Assembly (NCBI GenBank): GCA_017654855.1
Contig: CM030332.1
Coordinates: 3,100,001-3,164,000 of the forward strand
Reading direction: 5' to 3'
From: Podospora anserina
Lineage: Eukaryota
Length of the DNA: 64,000 nucleotides
Part shown: piece by piece, positions 46,660-60,200 of the stretch
Layout of the letters: every line of letters starts with the position of its first letter
How positions within the stretch are numbered: the stretch's first letter is position 1
Notes under the pieces: model-generated
Database searches by the model: none
The model's input: the letters and a program-made list of their open reading frames with translations, nothing else
What the model was told of the DNA's origin: nothing
Position numbers and translations under genes: made by a program

Positions 46660-49600
46660 GGTGATGGATGGTTGGTGTGTGAACTCGACGATGGGCTGTG
46701 AGGTACGAGAGAGGCAGCAATTGAATGGCTCTCAAGAAAGATGTTGGCGACACAGCTGACCCGGCTCCTTGGATCCTAAAAGGGTGGGATTGTCAGGAAC
46801 GCAAAAACGAGGATGGGATGGGGGATTATAAAGACATGTTGCTCAGGGACGGTCAACCAACCCTGGGGTACGGAAGAGTCGTGGAGACCAAGACGGACAG
46901 ACGGACCGGCCAGGCGTTCGAGGGACAACCGGGGTTGGGCAGGCATCATGGGGGGAGGAGGTGTGGGACATGTTCACACCAGAGAAGCTTGACCAACTGC
47001 GGCCCTGAGCCCACCACCTCACCACCCCAGAACCGCTACCCGTACGGCGAATCCTCCACTTCTGCAAATAGCTAGTGTCTTTTGTTCAGTTCCAGGCACG
47101 TCTGGATGGGGCTCGCATGCACGCCGATACAGCCCGTACAGGTCGTCGGTACGGGACAGGACGGCAACAGATTGCTGGCTCTCAGTTGAAAGTACCCCCT
47201 CGCGTTGGTCTCGCCAGTTCCCGACGGGCTGGCCGGAGACGGGTTGCTTGTCAATGAGGCTAATATGATATGTATGTATGTCCCATCAAGCCATACGTAC
47301 ACAGTACTCATATTCGAGATGCTTCACTCAGGACTGGACTGTGTCAAGCTCGTGAAACTTTCCTCTCCTGATTTCCGTGACAACACATTTCCTGGGGACC
47401 CCAGGTCTCCCCAGCCCGCTCCTCCCCGTACCCCAGAGAAGTCTGCAAAAAGATGGAGCGATGACACCAAAGCATCGTGGAGTCGAGTTGATCACCAGGT
47501 CTCTCCAATCTTTCCCCAACTTTGACCACTTCTCCCCCAGCTTTGGCCCTTCCTGTGGGGACCCGCACTTTTTTTCCTTGCCGAGACTTGGCAGACATGG
47601 GCCTCGATGGCGCCCCTGGGGGGGCAAGCTCGTCTGCTTGCCCGTCTTGGGGATCGGGCCGGTTTTCGCGTGGGCTCCTGGTCAGCGTCCAGCCAACCGA
47701 GCAGCGTCGAGCGAATGGGAGCATGCCGCCGCCGCCACTTTCAGCAACCTATGCACGGCCGGTGGAAGCGGACCGACAAAGAGATCGCGCTGCATATTGG
47801 CGCTGAGATGTGGCGCGCACTTGAGCTTGATTTGGCCAACGCTCACTAACGTCTCAACGTCGTCCTGTGATGGTTTCGTTTCTGTCATCAGGGAGGGAAT
47901 CAAAGGCTCTGCTCTCTCAACTCGTTCGAGAGATAACCATGGTTGGCAGCGGAAAAGAGACGAATTGTTGGCCCACGGGAAGGCAGGGGTGTACTCCTTT
48001 CTCAATTAGGCAGTATTTGCCAAAGTCGGGAGCTCCCCGGGGGTCCCAGGATGTCACGGCGGCAGGTATATGAGATGCATACCGACTGCAATGTTATGGC
48101 CATGCGTGCCGATAATACACAGGCCTCGCTTGGGCTGGCAGAAGCTGGGCACAAACCCGACGCTTGGAAACAAGCACATCCCGCTCCGCGTAGACGACTT
48201 GGAGATGTGCCGGTACGTCGAGGTCGAAGTCAGGCGGCCGATGCCAAGGTGGCGGTGATGGTGAAGAAGGTTACGGAGTAAATCTAGCTACATACTAATG
48301 CGGGCAGAGCTGGTAGCCAGTCGGAGGAGACATCTCGTAGGGAAGCCGGAGTGGCACACCCTCGCCGCCGAAGCACATGATGGTGATGTTTGGAGACAGC
48401 CAGTGGGCCAGTGGGGTAGCGAGCCGTCAAGTTTCCAACGACAGCCGGTGATTGGTCCGTAGGAAGCCTCCCCGTGTTTCCGACGAGTGGGAATCCGGGG
48501 CACCCCGCTTTCTTTTCGGCCTTGATCAATGTTTTCGGCGCTGACTTGAGGCCCTTCCAAAAGGGCGACATGTCACTGCCAGAAGCACTAGTGGCTGTTG
48601 GGCAAACACGCTTGTGCAAGAACGAAGATGTTTCTCCGGGTTGGTGAGTGATGATGCTCTGTTTCGCGAAGTTCGCCCTCATGGCGGCATCTCCAGCTGG
48701 GCGTTCACTGGGCGTTCTGGGGTGCGGCTCCCCCGTTGATGCTAAGGGATCGAGCTAACGCTTGCCTCGCAACTTCTCCCGGCTTGGCTTTTCATTCAGG
48801 CTAAAAGGACCTGGCCCTCAGCCGTTTTTGCTCAGCAGGCGTTTCCTACCCGTGCTTTCTAGCGTCCAGATAGCGTTTCCAAAAAGACTTTTTCCGCTGG
48901 TGAGCTGATCCCATCTGATCTGATCGGCTCGCGGCCGGTGAGGCGCGTGTAGGGGAAAGGGGAAGGGCGCGGTGAGTGCCGGACACATGGCCCGAGGCTA
49001 TTACTAGTAGTTTTGCTAGTTTCTGCAGCTGTCAACCAGGAAGTTGTCGTGAGCTCGGTGCCTTCTCCGTGCCTTTTGCCATTTTACCATGTGGGAGACA
49101 CGCTATGTGGCCATCACCGAGTCCACTGTGGAGAGAGTGCTGGAAACTCGAGACCACAGGCGGCCTGATATCTCGATGGATCAAAAAGAGGCGGTAACAT
49201 CATGCTTGAAGCCAACGAAGCCAATGAAGCCAATGACGTGCAGACAAGTCTTGAAGCACGCCAATATTGTCACCTCGGGAAGGGAAATAATGCACCCTGC
49301 CATCCGAGGCTAGAGGCGCTGATATCAAACACACGATATCACTTGGACGACAAACACGATTCCCAGGTGCCCGGGACGCAGAGACAGAGAGCAGAGATGA
49401 AATCCATGAAATGCATTATTAACTGTCGCATCTGGGTGTGGAACTATTCCCAAACAGCCACGGTGGTTTGCGGCACCAGGACAAAATAAGGGAAGCATAG
49501 GCGGGACGGCACCGTTCGCCGGTGGCACCTGAGGTCCTAGGGCCGCCCAAGAGATGTCTAGGCCTCTCTGCATGAGTCTTGGGTGTTGTTGACTGTAACC

Positions 49601-49904
49601 GCAAAGTTTGGTCCCGATGCCTACCTAATATCGGGCATGGCACCGAGGGCATTGAATTTGGAATTTTCTGTTCTCCTCTTTTGAATCAACATGCCATCTC
49701 TCTCGAGGAGTTGTTGAAGAAGCAGCGGTGATGCCGTTGTCTCTTCCCGACTGTTTCCGCTTGGGTGATGGTTGGGAAAAAAAGGCAATGGCCGGGGCCA
49801 TCCCTACCAAACTCCGGGGGGCGGCAGACGGAGTTTGAGGGGAAGGCTGGAAAAAGCGCGGGGTTAAGCACGGGCCACGTTGCGGTCATGTGAATTCTCT
49901 GCAG

Positions 49905-49996
49905 ATGCAACCACTCAATTGCGCGGCGCGTTTCAATGCAACCACTCAATCGCGCGGCGCGTTTCAATGCGCGCGTCCAATTTTTTGGCTACGCGT
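49905..49996. promoter_or_regulatory. 31-bp tandem duplication of a CGCG-rich element plus ACGCGT (49991), upstream of MSH3
   Basis: ATGCAACCACTCAAT(T/C)GCGCGGCGCGTTTCA x2 at 49905-49966; exact MCB at 49991-49996. Confidence 0.6.
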
Positions 49997-50094
49997 CTGC
50001 CGTGGAGTACAGTCGTCTCTTTCTGGTGCCGCCGTGACATCACCGTAACGACTACACATAGCATCGCCAACCAGACCAAATCCACTGCGGCATC

Positions 50095-53000
50095 ATGGTT
50101 GGGTCTTCGAAACCATCCGAAAAGAAGCAGTCATCCTTGACTAGTTTCTTCACCCCAAAGACTGTCAATGGCTTGTCACAGAAGTTGGCTGCCCAGAAGC
50201 CAGCCAAAGACGACTCCAAAGCCGGACGCTCGTCCTCGCCATCTGCCCCTGGACCGTCTCAAGTCTCCAGGTTCAAGCGACCTCTCCAAGAGGACAATGA
50301 CTCTGGGAATGGGACTGAAAAGACTACCAGGTCTAGCCGTTTGACCAAACGCGCCAAGCGTGTCCTTGATGACGATGACGAGTCCGAGAATCAGGAGCTT
50401 CCAAGCTCGCCTCCTGCTGGAAATGGCCCAAGTTCATCCAGAACCGGAAAATATGTCTACGATGCGGGGTCCGCCTCAAAGACTGGCGCACCCGACGAGG
50501 ACGAGACCGAAGATGCGGCAACGAGACGGAAGAAGGAGGAGCTGCACAAGAAGTTTGTCAAGAAGCTTGGCCATCCAGACAGCATGTCGTACATGAAGAG
50601 GCGCAATGGTGCCCCAGACAGTTCTACTCCAGGCCTGGAGGGTGATGACGCCGAAGGAGAGGATGAGGCTGAGGAGGACGAACCACCACCGACCAAGGGC
50701 AAGAAGAAGGGTGCCAAGACTGGCAAGCTTACGCCTATGGAAATCCAATTTCTCGATATCAAGAGGAAACACATGGATACTCTCTTGATTGTCGAAGTTG
50801 GTTACAAGTTCAAGTTCTTTGGCGAGGATGCTCGGATAGCTGCCAAAGAGCTGAGCATTGTGTGCATTCCTGGCAAATTCAGATACGATGAGCGTAGGTG
50901 CAACTTGCATGTGTTGTGTTCCGATCGTTATGCTGACCTTTCGCCAAGATCCATCCGAAGCCCATCTCGACCGATTCGCCTCTGCCAGCGTGCCAGTTCA
51001 CCGACTCAACGTACACGCCAAACGCCTTGTTGCTGCTGGTCACAAAGTTGGTGTTGTCCGCCAAGTTGAGACTGCAGCCCTCAAGAAAGCCGGCGACAAT
51101 CGCAACGCACCATTCGTCCGAAAACTTACCAATGTCTACACCAAGGGCACATACATCGACGAGACAGGGGAGCTGGATCAACCGGGAGACACCACTGGTG
51201 CTCCATCTGGTGGCTATCTGCTTTGTCTTACTGAATCCCCGACCAAGGGGTCTGGCACTGATGAGAAAGTGCAAGTCGGAATTATTGCCGTACAGCCTGC
51301 AACCGGAGATATCATCTATGATGACTTTGAAGATGGCTTCATGAGGCGCGAGATGGAGACCCGGTTGCTCCATATCTCGCCTTGCGAATTCCTCATTGTC
51401 GGTGACTTGTCCAAGGCCTCCGACAAAATTGTCAAGCATCTTTCTGGCAGCCGTACCAACGTGTTCGGTGATCGAAGTCGGGTTGAGCGGGTGCCCAAGT
51501 CAAAGACGATGGCTGCTGAGGCTCACTCTCATGTCACCCAGTTTTATGCTGACAAGACCAAAGAGGATGACGAGAACTCAGCAGCGCTTTTAGAGAAGGT
51601 CTTGAAGCTGCCGGAGTCAGTCACCATCTGTCTGTCAGCAATGATCAACCATCTCACCGAATATGGCCTGCAACATATCTTTGGTTTGACCAAGTACTTT
51701 CAGTCGTTTAGTACACGACAGCACATGTTGGTCAACGGGACAACACTTGAGAGTCTCGAGGTCTACCGAAACTCTACGGACCACTCTGAAAAGGGTAGTC
51801 TGATGTGGGCATTGGACAAAACCCAGACCAGGCCCGGCCAGAGACTGCTGAGAAAATGGATTGGTCGTCCATTGCTTGACCAGCAGCGTCTAGAAGAGCG
51901 TGTCACTGCAGTAGAAGAGCTTCTAGAGAAGCAGTCTGCCATTCAGGTCAGCAAGCTGACCGGCATGCTGGCCTCGATCAAGGCCGATCTGGAGCGCAGC
52001 TTGATCCGTATATACTACGGAAAGTGCACTAGGCCAGAGCTTCTGTCAACCCTTCAGACTCTCCAGAAAATTGCCATGGAGTATCACAGAGTGAAGTCTC
52101 CGGCAGAGACAGGCTTCAAGTCAAGCCTGCTCCAGGAGACCCTTCTCTCTCTGCCTGCCATCGGTGACATCGTCACCTCCTACCTCGACAAGATCAACGC
52201 CCAAGCCGCCAGAAAAGACGACAAGTACAACTTCTTCCGCGAGGAAGAGGAGACAGACGACATCACCGATCACAAGCTGGGGATCGCGGCGGTAGAGGCC
52301 GATCTCGACGCCTACCGCAAAGAAGCCACGGCCAAACTCAAGAAGAAGGTTTTGGTGGAATACACCACCGTCTCCGGCATCGAATACCTCATCGAGGTAG
52401 CCAACACCGACCTCAAAAACGTCCCCGCCTCTTGGGCCAAAACCTCTGGCACCAAGAAGGTCTCTCGGTTCCACACCCCAGAGGTGATCAAACTCATCAG
52501 CGAGCGCGACCAGCACCGCGAAGCCCTCGCCGCCGCCTGTGATGCCGCCTTTTCGGCTCTTCTCTCGTCTCTCGCGGCGGAGTATCAACCACTCCGCGAC
52601 GCCGTCTCCTCTCTCGCTACATTGGACTGTCTTTTGTCCCTCTCCCAGGTGGCCTCCCTACCAGGCTACTCCAAACCCAACTTCCTCCCCATCACGGCCC
52701 CCCCTTCGATTTCCATCGTCGAAGGCCGCCACCCCATAGCAGAACACACCCTTTCCACTCCTTACATCCCCTTCACCACCTCCCTCTCCTCGCCTGCCCC
52801 GTTGGCCCAACTGATCACAGGCCCCAACATGGGCGGTAAATCCTCCTACGTTCGCTCCGTCGCGCTCCTCGTTTTGCTTGCTCAGGTGGGGAGCTACGTC
52901 CCCGCAACAGAAATGACGCTCACCCCCTGCGACGCCATCTTCACCCGCATGGGCGCGAGGGATAACCTCTTTGCGGGGGAATCAACCTTTATGGTTGAGG

Positions 53001-53518
53001 TCAGTGAAACAGCTTCTATTCTCCGCTCCGCCACCCCGAGGAGCCTGGTGATTCTGGATGAGCTGGGCAGGGGGACGTCGACGCATGACGGGGCGGCGAT
53101 TGCGCATGCGGTGCTGGATTATGTGGTTAAGGAGGTGGGGTGTTTGACCTTGTTTATCACGCATTATCAGAACCTGGCGAGGGTGGCGGAGGGGTTGGGG
53201 GATGGGAGGGTGAGGTGTGTGCACATGAAGTTTAGGGTTGAGAGAGGGGGGGATGGGGATGGGCAGGAGGAGGAGGTTACGTTTTTGTATGAAGTTGCCG
53301 AGGGGGTGGCGCATCGGAGTTATGGGTTGAATGTGGGGAGGTTGGCGAGGTTGCCGAAGCAGGTGTTGGAGGTTGCGGGGGTGAAGAGTAGGGAGATGGA
53401 GGAGGAGGTGAAGGAGAGGAGGCTAAAGGGGGTGGTGGGGTTGTTGGGGGGGTTGATGAATGGGGAGAAGGGGGAGGAGGAGTTGGAGCAGCTTGTGGAG
53501 GGTATTGAACAGCTTTAG
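50095..53518 (+). CDS. MSH3: DNA mismatch repair protein MSH3 (intron 50894-50948)
   Basis: PIP box [11 protein letters not shown]3-type [14 protein letters not shown]; ATPase motifs [44 protein letters not shown]. Confidence 0.95.
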
Positions 53519-54658
53519 GTGGGCAAGGGATTATGGAGTGTGGTAATTGTTAATTGTGGGAGTATACATAGGACTGGAGTTGGTTGGGGTTGGTAATTGG
53601 TGTTGGGAGGGGGGTTATTGCAGCTACCTACCTAGGTTTGAGTCGGGGAGATATCTGGAAGGTAGGTGCAGTACATGAAATAGAATATTCCACAATTGTG
53701 TATATGTAGGACCCAACAATGAAGTCCCTGTTATATCTTGCACCAGCCATGTTCAACACATTTGATCTACTTCATACTGAGAAGAGGAGGTTTGACATGA
53801 CGACGATAGATCATCTTCCAATCTTTCCACCCCATGAACTTCATCCATGCCTTGAACCTGCTAGACGACTCTGCTTAATTTCTTCTTGTCTCTGGCGGCA
53901 GAGCTCCTGATGGAACGGTATCCCAGTAGTTGTTTGTATCCTCGATCTCCAGACATTTATTACAACGTCGTTAATGCTCGCATTGTGTACAGAGCGTTTC
54001 CATCGTTTCTCGCCGATACGGTCCATGCTGATGGGGGCACTACGGGGGTTTCATGTTACCTTATCAGTCTCGGGACATATGTGCAAGGGATATGGTGATG
54101 GTAAAGACTTACGCAATACCAGAGGAACCAGACGGTTGGTGGGTTGGGTTTGTTGGTGGCATTGTTGATGTTGTTGATGTTGAGGAGGATGGAATAAACT
54201 GGAAGATCCAAAGGTGTGTTTGACTTGTTAGGTATTTGCAGTGACGAGTGCTACAATAACTGACGACAACAACGAATCTATTAAGAGAGGACGAAAATGT
54301 TTTTGAGAGGGGAGTCAAGAAGGAGGGGGCTTGCCTGTCCTGAAGATGTCGAAGACATTCCGACTCCGTAAAAATCTGAATGGAGTGATATGATGTTGGG
54401 GCAAGCAAACGACATTTTCAGAGTACAAGATAAGAAAACAGTAAAATAGATAGTCGGTGATATCCAATTGAGGAAATCGTTCGAGTCGTTTCACAGGTAT
54501 TCTGAACAACACTTTAAGGATGGAATGTGATTTATGACATGTGGGAGACCTATGAAATGTAGCTCTGTCAAGCTGAGAGGTAAGTAAACAATCAAGACAG
54601 GTTCAGACAGTCGAGGCAAAACGGATGGCAACACAACAGGAGCCAAAAAGGCAAGAAT

Positions 54659-54743
54659 TGATCGCGGCAGGGATCGAACCTGCGATCCTCTGCGATACTG
54701 GGATATTGTAAAGCAGATGCCTTAACCACTGGGCCACGCAACC
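54659..54743 (-). tRNA. tRNA-Val(TAC) with an approx. 12-nt intron
   Basis: Reverse complement GGTTGCGTGGCCCAGTGGTTAAGGCA-TCTGC-TTTACA[intron]C-GCAGA-GGATC-GCAGGTTCGATCCCTGC-CGCGATCA. Confidence 0.9.
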
Positions 54744-54940
54744 TATTTGATTGGTGGATGTTGACCGCAATTGAGTTTATGACAGGACCAAGCGGGAGCG
54801 GCCCGCATCTTGGCAAGCTCTTATCTTATCAGTGAATGTGGTTGCACCCAAAGCTCAACTCCCTGCCAGCTTGAGATCAGACGGTACCTTGAGAGCTACA
54901 GGTGGAGCAACTGAAAGTGTCACAGACCGTACCAAACAAA

Positions 54941-55877
54941 ATGAACTCAATCAGAGTGGCCAATTCCCTCGTCCGCAGCAACGTGACGGCTGCTGTGCTC
55001 AGGTACGTCCCTCCCAAGACTCCATTGACTTTACTTTCCACTAACAGAAACCCCAAGAACCACCCCCTGCATCCTCCTCCCTCAAGCTCAAAGGCCATGG
55101 CTCCCCCAACAACTCCCACAACAAACCCCCCCCGTCCGGTCCTTCTCTCACTCCCCCTCCCTCTCAAAACGTAACCGCAAAGAAGAAGAACCCGAAGAAG
55201 ACGACCCCCGAGGCAAAAAAGGCGGCAAGAAATCCAACAAAAAAGAAAAGGGCGGTGCCCCAGCCCAGCAGCAGCAACAAGAAGCCCAACCCTCAGCAGC
55301 CGCCGAAGACCCCTTCAACCTCGACCCCCTCATCGCCCTCTTCCAAAAGACCGAATCCCACTACACCTCCCAGCTCGCCCTCCTCCGCTCCCCCACCGGC
55401 CGCTTCAACGTCGAGTCCATCGGCGCCATCCCCGTCTCCCTCGACAAGAAGTCCACCGTCACGTACCGCCTCCAGGAGCTCGCCACCGTCGCCCCCCTAG
55501 GCGGCCGCCGGTGGTCCATCCTCGCCTTTGAGGAAGCCTCCGTCAAGCCCATCATCTCGGCCGTCCTCAAGTCGCCAGACTTCAACCAGCAGCCCCAGAG
55601 AAATGAGGAGAACCCCCTCGAGCTGACCATGACGGTCGAGCCGGAAAAGGTCGACGACCTGGTCAAGAGGGCAAAGGATCTCTGCACCGAGTGGAGGAAT
55701 AAGCTCAGAGACGAAACGCACAAGCACGAGACCCATGTCAAGAAGAACAAGTCGCTGCTGAAGGATGACTTGTTTAAGATCAAGGAGGCGTTGAAAAAGC
55801 TTCAAGATGAGAGGATGAAGGTTGTTGCGAATAAAGAGAAGGAGGTCGTGGCTGCTATCCAGTCCAAGGCCAAATAG
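54941..55877 (+). CDS. RRF1: Mitochondrial ribosome recycling factor-like protein (intron 55003-55057)
   Basis: Presequence MNSIRVANSLVRS...VRSFSHSPSL; RRF-like LRSPTGRFN...YRLQELATVAPLGGR...VKPIISAV...FNQQPQ and helical C-terminus. The AAG acceptor at 55057 restores the frame. Confidence 0.75.
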
Positions 55878-56081
55878 ACGACCTGGGTCTTAAAAAGGTT
55901 GTAGATGTTTTGTTAGATAGTTGGTGCCCATACGAGGCGTTAGATCTCAAGTATACCAGTGTGCGTTTCATATGCCATCACCAAAAAAAGGACGAGTTAC
56001 ACAAAAGATTTCTTTCAGTCTAAATTCATATCACAGTAATATACCTAATGTTACATCGACAGCCTCACTGTCTTTTGTTGT

Positions 56082-57203
56082 TTAAGCCCTCTTCTGGGCA
56101 CCCCCCTTTCCCTTAGCCGCCTCAGCAGGCAACAAACTCATCACCTTGTCCAAAAACCTCCTCTGGTCCTCCCCCCTATAACTCCACGTCCTCGCCGTGT
56201 AGTTCTCAATCAACCCCTTCACATCCCCCAACTCCTTATACCCCACCTCCTTGTAATTGCCCAACACAGCCAAATCCAACACCGCCTCCCTCGCCTTCAG
56301 CGGGGCCCGTCCAGGAAAAAACCTCTCCCCCTTTTCCAACCAATCCCTCTCCCCCTGACTGTTGAAAAAAATCGGCTTCCCCTCCTTGAACGCCCTCTTC
56401 CTAACCGCAGTGATATCCATCGTAACCCCACTATCCCTGTTGAACGCCTGGCCCCCGCCCATAAGCCTCATAGTCTGAATCACACTCTGCACCTTCCCCC
56501 ACTGCGCAGAGGTAGCAAGCCCACCCCCGTAACCACTCAGATCCTTCCTCCTCAGCTTAGGAACAAACGGCACGACTTCTCCTTTTTCGTACCGATCCAC
56601 AACCGCCTTTTCCGCCTCGGAAAGAACCATCTTTCCTTCGTTGGCCTCCTTGGGCTTTTCTTTCTTGGCTTGCTTGTTTCCCCCCTTACCACCAGCACCA
56701 CGGGTAAACTTCCCGCTTAGACGGGCAGGTCGATTGCCTGACTGTCTCCCCCCCGCACCGGGACCAGCACGACGGAATCCAGTTTGTTGTTGTTGTTGTT
56801 GTTGGTTGGAGCGAAACCCAGTGCTTGGTCTCGGTCCTACAGTCCCGGCTCCACCACCGGGAGTGTACCGGGCAGCTAGACGAAGGGATTTGATACTGAG
56901 AATTTTTGCCCCGGTTGGAGCACCACTAGCAGAAGGGGCTTTCCCAAAAGGGCTGGCGCTGGGGCCGGTGTTGTTGGCGCGGAGGGTGCGGATGTCGAGG
57001 GGGCGTTTGACGGCGGCGCCGGTCGAGATCTTGGTTAGTCTTGTTGCAGCGGAGATTGAACGGGTGGGCTTGTTGTTGTTGTCTTCTTCGGCGAGTTGGG
57101 GGCCCGAGGTGGTGAAGCTGCGGGTAGCGGCGGAGGTTGTTGTCGTCGACGGCGGGGCACGACGCCCGAGGACGCCGGCCCGGAGGATTTGCTGCCTGGG
57201 CAT
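56082..57203 (-). CDS. Basic hypothetical protein with mitochondrial presequence (373 aa); possibly mitoribosome-associated
   Basis: Single ORF with Arg/Thr-rich N-terminus and RSFTTS cleavage-like motif; function not identified. Confidence 0.7.
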   Translation of the reverse strand: MPRQQILRAGVLGRRAPPSTTTTSAATRSFTTSGPQLAEEDNNNKPTRSISAATRLTKISTGAAVKRPLDIRTLRANNTGPSASPFGKAPSASGAPTGAKILSIKSLRLAARYTPGGGAGTVGPRPSTGFRSNQQQQQQQTGFRRAGPGAGGRQSGNRPARLSGKFTRGAGGKGGNKQAKKEKPKEANEGKMVLSEAEKAVVDRYEKGEVVPFVPKLRRKDLSGYGGGLATSAQWGKVQSVIQTMRLMGGGQAFNRDSGVTMDITAVRKRAFKEGKPIFFNSQGERDWLEKGERFFPGRAPLKAREAVLDLAVLGNYKEVGYKELGDVKGLIENYTARTWSYRGEDQRRFLDKVMSLLPAEAAKGKGGAQKRA

Positions 57204-60200
57204 GTTGAGAGAAAAAATTGTCGCCTTGGGGAATGGGTTGAAAACCCCTCGATAGGCGACGTTTGAGGGTGAGAAAGGTTGGGTGAGCGGAAAAAAGTCG
57301 GCGACAACACCGGCGAGGTTTCGAGCTCACGGGCAGTGAGGTTCGTTTGACGATGGGGTTGAGTAGGAAAGGAAAATGGTTGGTGGGGTGTGATTGGTCA
57401 ATTCTGGGGACAGGTGGGTCTGGGGTTTGGGAGCTTGGTCCATGCTTGGCCTGTGCTGACTTGCACGATGTTTTGGATTTCCGCACTGGGTTGGTGGTGA
57501 GGGTTAGGAGTGGTGAAGATATTTTGCTTTTGATCGAATAGAATAATAGCTAATACTGTCTGACCATGAAGAGATATTTTACTAGAACAGTAGTGTCGTT
57601 CCTTCCCAGCTCAAAACATCATTCTCTATGCTTGTGCACTTAGTTGAACAATTCTGATGGTGTTATATGCATGTGCTGAACGTCAAGCGAGCAGCTCATG
57701 TGCTAAAATCATGATGATTTCTCCCGAACTGACACAGGAGTGCCAATGCATATCATCACTCAAGCTCCCAAGACATACCTACCTGAGATGTCAGATTCTG
57801 CAGATAAAATCCGATTGAATGGTCCACAGAAAGAGCCGAGCTCTTCATGTCGGGGAAGACAAGCATTCCAAGAGGGCAGGCAGGATCAATGCAAGTACCA
57901 CCAAAAGGCTTCCGTGTCCCCTTGTATTGGTCTGAGCGAGCAGTTGGAACGATCTTGTGACATCGTTTAAAGTATGCAAAGTGGTGAGCGTCAGACCCGA
58001 TCATGGTGAGAGCGACCGGTCCCCGCCAGGAGCCGATATCACCTTTGCGTGGCTAACCGAACTGTCGTCCTCTCAGCTTGCTCAACGCCACAATTGAGAG
58101 CGAAAAGATCAGATGTGACGTTTCACCGAGAAACCCAGTCAAACGCTTGAGCAGATCGCCTTGCTCCCCAGGTCGTCTTGCAATTTGGGTATTTGCCTGT
58201 TCTCAGGACACCAGGGTTCAGTCTGAACGCAGACCAAGACAGCACCCTGCTAGCCCTTGTGGCTCCAAGATTTGTGACAGCTACAACTGCCGCGCTATAG
58301 ACTCAAGGCTCGGAGCACCCGGTGATGCGATAAGAGGTAGCGGCACCATACCCACGCGTCAGACCACGCAAATAGAGTGCCTGCAGCTGATATATGAGAT
58401 TCAAGGCGTCAAATCGACCGTGGTGCCGGTTCGGCGGCGCATGGTGCCATTGCCCACTTTCCTCAAGTTGTCCCGTACATCGGGCGGTTAAGATGGAGTG
58501 GCCTCCACAGTAGGCCGTCGCCCTCGCTTGCTGGCGAGTCTCGTGTTGACAGGAGTCGTCGAGGGGTCAACGACGAGGTTGGGAGGTAGTCGACGCTATG
58601 TTCCAGTAGATCGTTCATTTCCCTTGCTGCAACCTATGAACAATGAACTTGAGCTTTCGTCCGAGATCTGCCAAGGTTTGTTGTGAAGCCGTTGGCGAGT
58701 TGTCCAGTTGGCAATACGTTCGTTGATGGCGTATCGTACAGCAACAACCACTCATGCGTGCTGGCTAGATCTCCTCATCTGAGAGGATTGTCGCTTCGAG
58801 GTCGGCCCACCGGCATGCTTCGACAGCATAGATTGTATAGTAGTCGACATTGGATCTCGCTTCCGATCAGACCCCTACCCGGGCTTGAGAAACGGCACTT
58901 CCAGGTACTATAGACGAGAAGTGGGTATTGCTGCGGTATGGTGGTGGCGATTGTAAAGAGCCTAAATGGCGTAGATCTTATCAGAATGTCAACATCATGA
59001 CCGGAGCAGACGACCAGCTTTGAAGGATGAATCCATTGAGTTTTGTGGGATAGAGATTCTTCGGCCCAGCTCTCCGAGCCATCTTTGGATTTGATTTGAG
59101 CCTGAAGAAGGACATATTAGGGAGGTCTGAGAAGATCGACTAGACCATCTCGTTAGTTGTCAGTTTCAATAAACCATAGCAGTTCACTTGCCTCTCTTAC
59201 CGAGCTCCCTAAAAGTGCACACAACCGCCGGTCAAACATGCTGTGACTAGCTTCGATGACAGGATAACTCCTAGTCGTAGCGACTTGGAACTAAGGTATG
59301 CACGAGGTAGCACTGCAGCTATCTGCATAGGGCTCAGTTAGTAGATGCTGCCATCGTGGACAAACAAGCTAGAAGCCCTAATTCTTACGGATAAACATTC
59401 CGAGAAGCCCCCTGGCATAAACAGGGTCGACTGCTGTTCGAAGGATCACCTCGCTACCGGACGGGACACTTCAGCCTCGAGGTTACTCGAAGTGAAGGGC
59501 GGTTAGCATGAAAATGTCGACGGCCAGGGGCTCAGTCAACACGAAGCCAAGTCAACTTGAACGCGAAGTCAAGATAGGAAGCTCGAGCTCTCGAGGCTCC
59601 CCACTTCCCGGTTGTGACGGGAGATGGTGCCGCAAAACTGTGTGACAGGTAGTCTGGGGCGTAACACCAAACGGAGAAGATCACCAGTTGATCAATCGGC
59701 GATGGTGGAAGGTTATATTCCGCCGTCCATATGCGCCAGCCTCGCCTGTCGTGTTTCCTATGCCTTTGGACGGGGGTCCTCCCTCCATTTGGTAGATATC
59801 CAAGTCCATGTGACCCAGTAATATTGGCCTTTACCAAATGAGGCTCTCCTGGGGGGTAGTATTATCCAGACAGTGCGCCAGAAGCACCCGTCAAGCTGGG
59901 GGAGGGCACCATTCGGAACAATCGCATGCAGAGACAGGCCGGAATGCAACGGGACCGATTGTCGACAACGTAGCAAGCAGGTAAAACATGCAGATGGGAG
60001 CCACCAGTCCAAAAGCCGCCCAACGGTATCGCAGCGTAGGCGAAGGGGGGTGGCGAGCCAATGGACAAGACTTGTTTGAGACGACGAGGACATAGCACGG
60101 CTGCTATTGCATGAATGTGTCCTAAGATTTCAGATGGGATTGGCATTTCATTGCCAGAAAGAATCAGAAGAACAGGACTATCCGTATCGGAAACCAGCAG

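Noticed and set aside
46660-49900. GGCTAA (XlnR/Xyr1-like) hexamers at 47258 and 48799 upstream of cdt-2
   Set aside because: Biologically plausible, but the count is about what chance gives in 3 kb.
53516-53600. Possible readthrough past TAG stops of MSH3 (also checked OST1, RRF1, the RBR ligase, DUF3602 and 41757)
   Set aside because: Downstream frames close within about 8-60 codons with UTR-like composition, unlike the 186+135-codon BAH-PHD extension.
54902-55174. Apparent frameshift in RRF1 if the intron ends at CAG 55047
   Set aside because: That CAG directly abuts the CTAAC branch point; the AAG at 55057 gives normal spacing and an intact frame.
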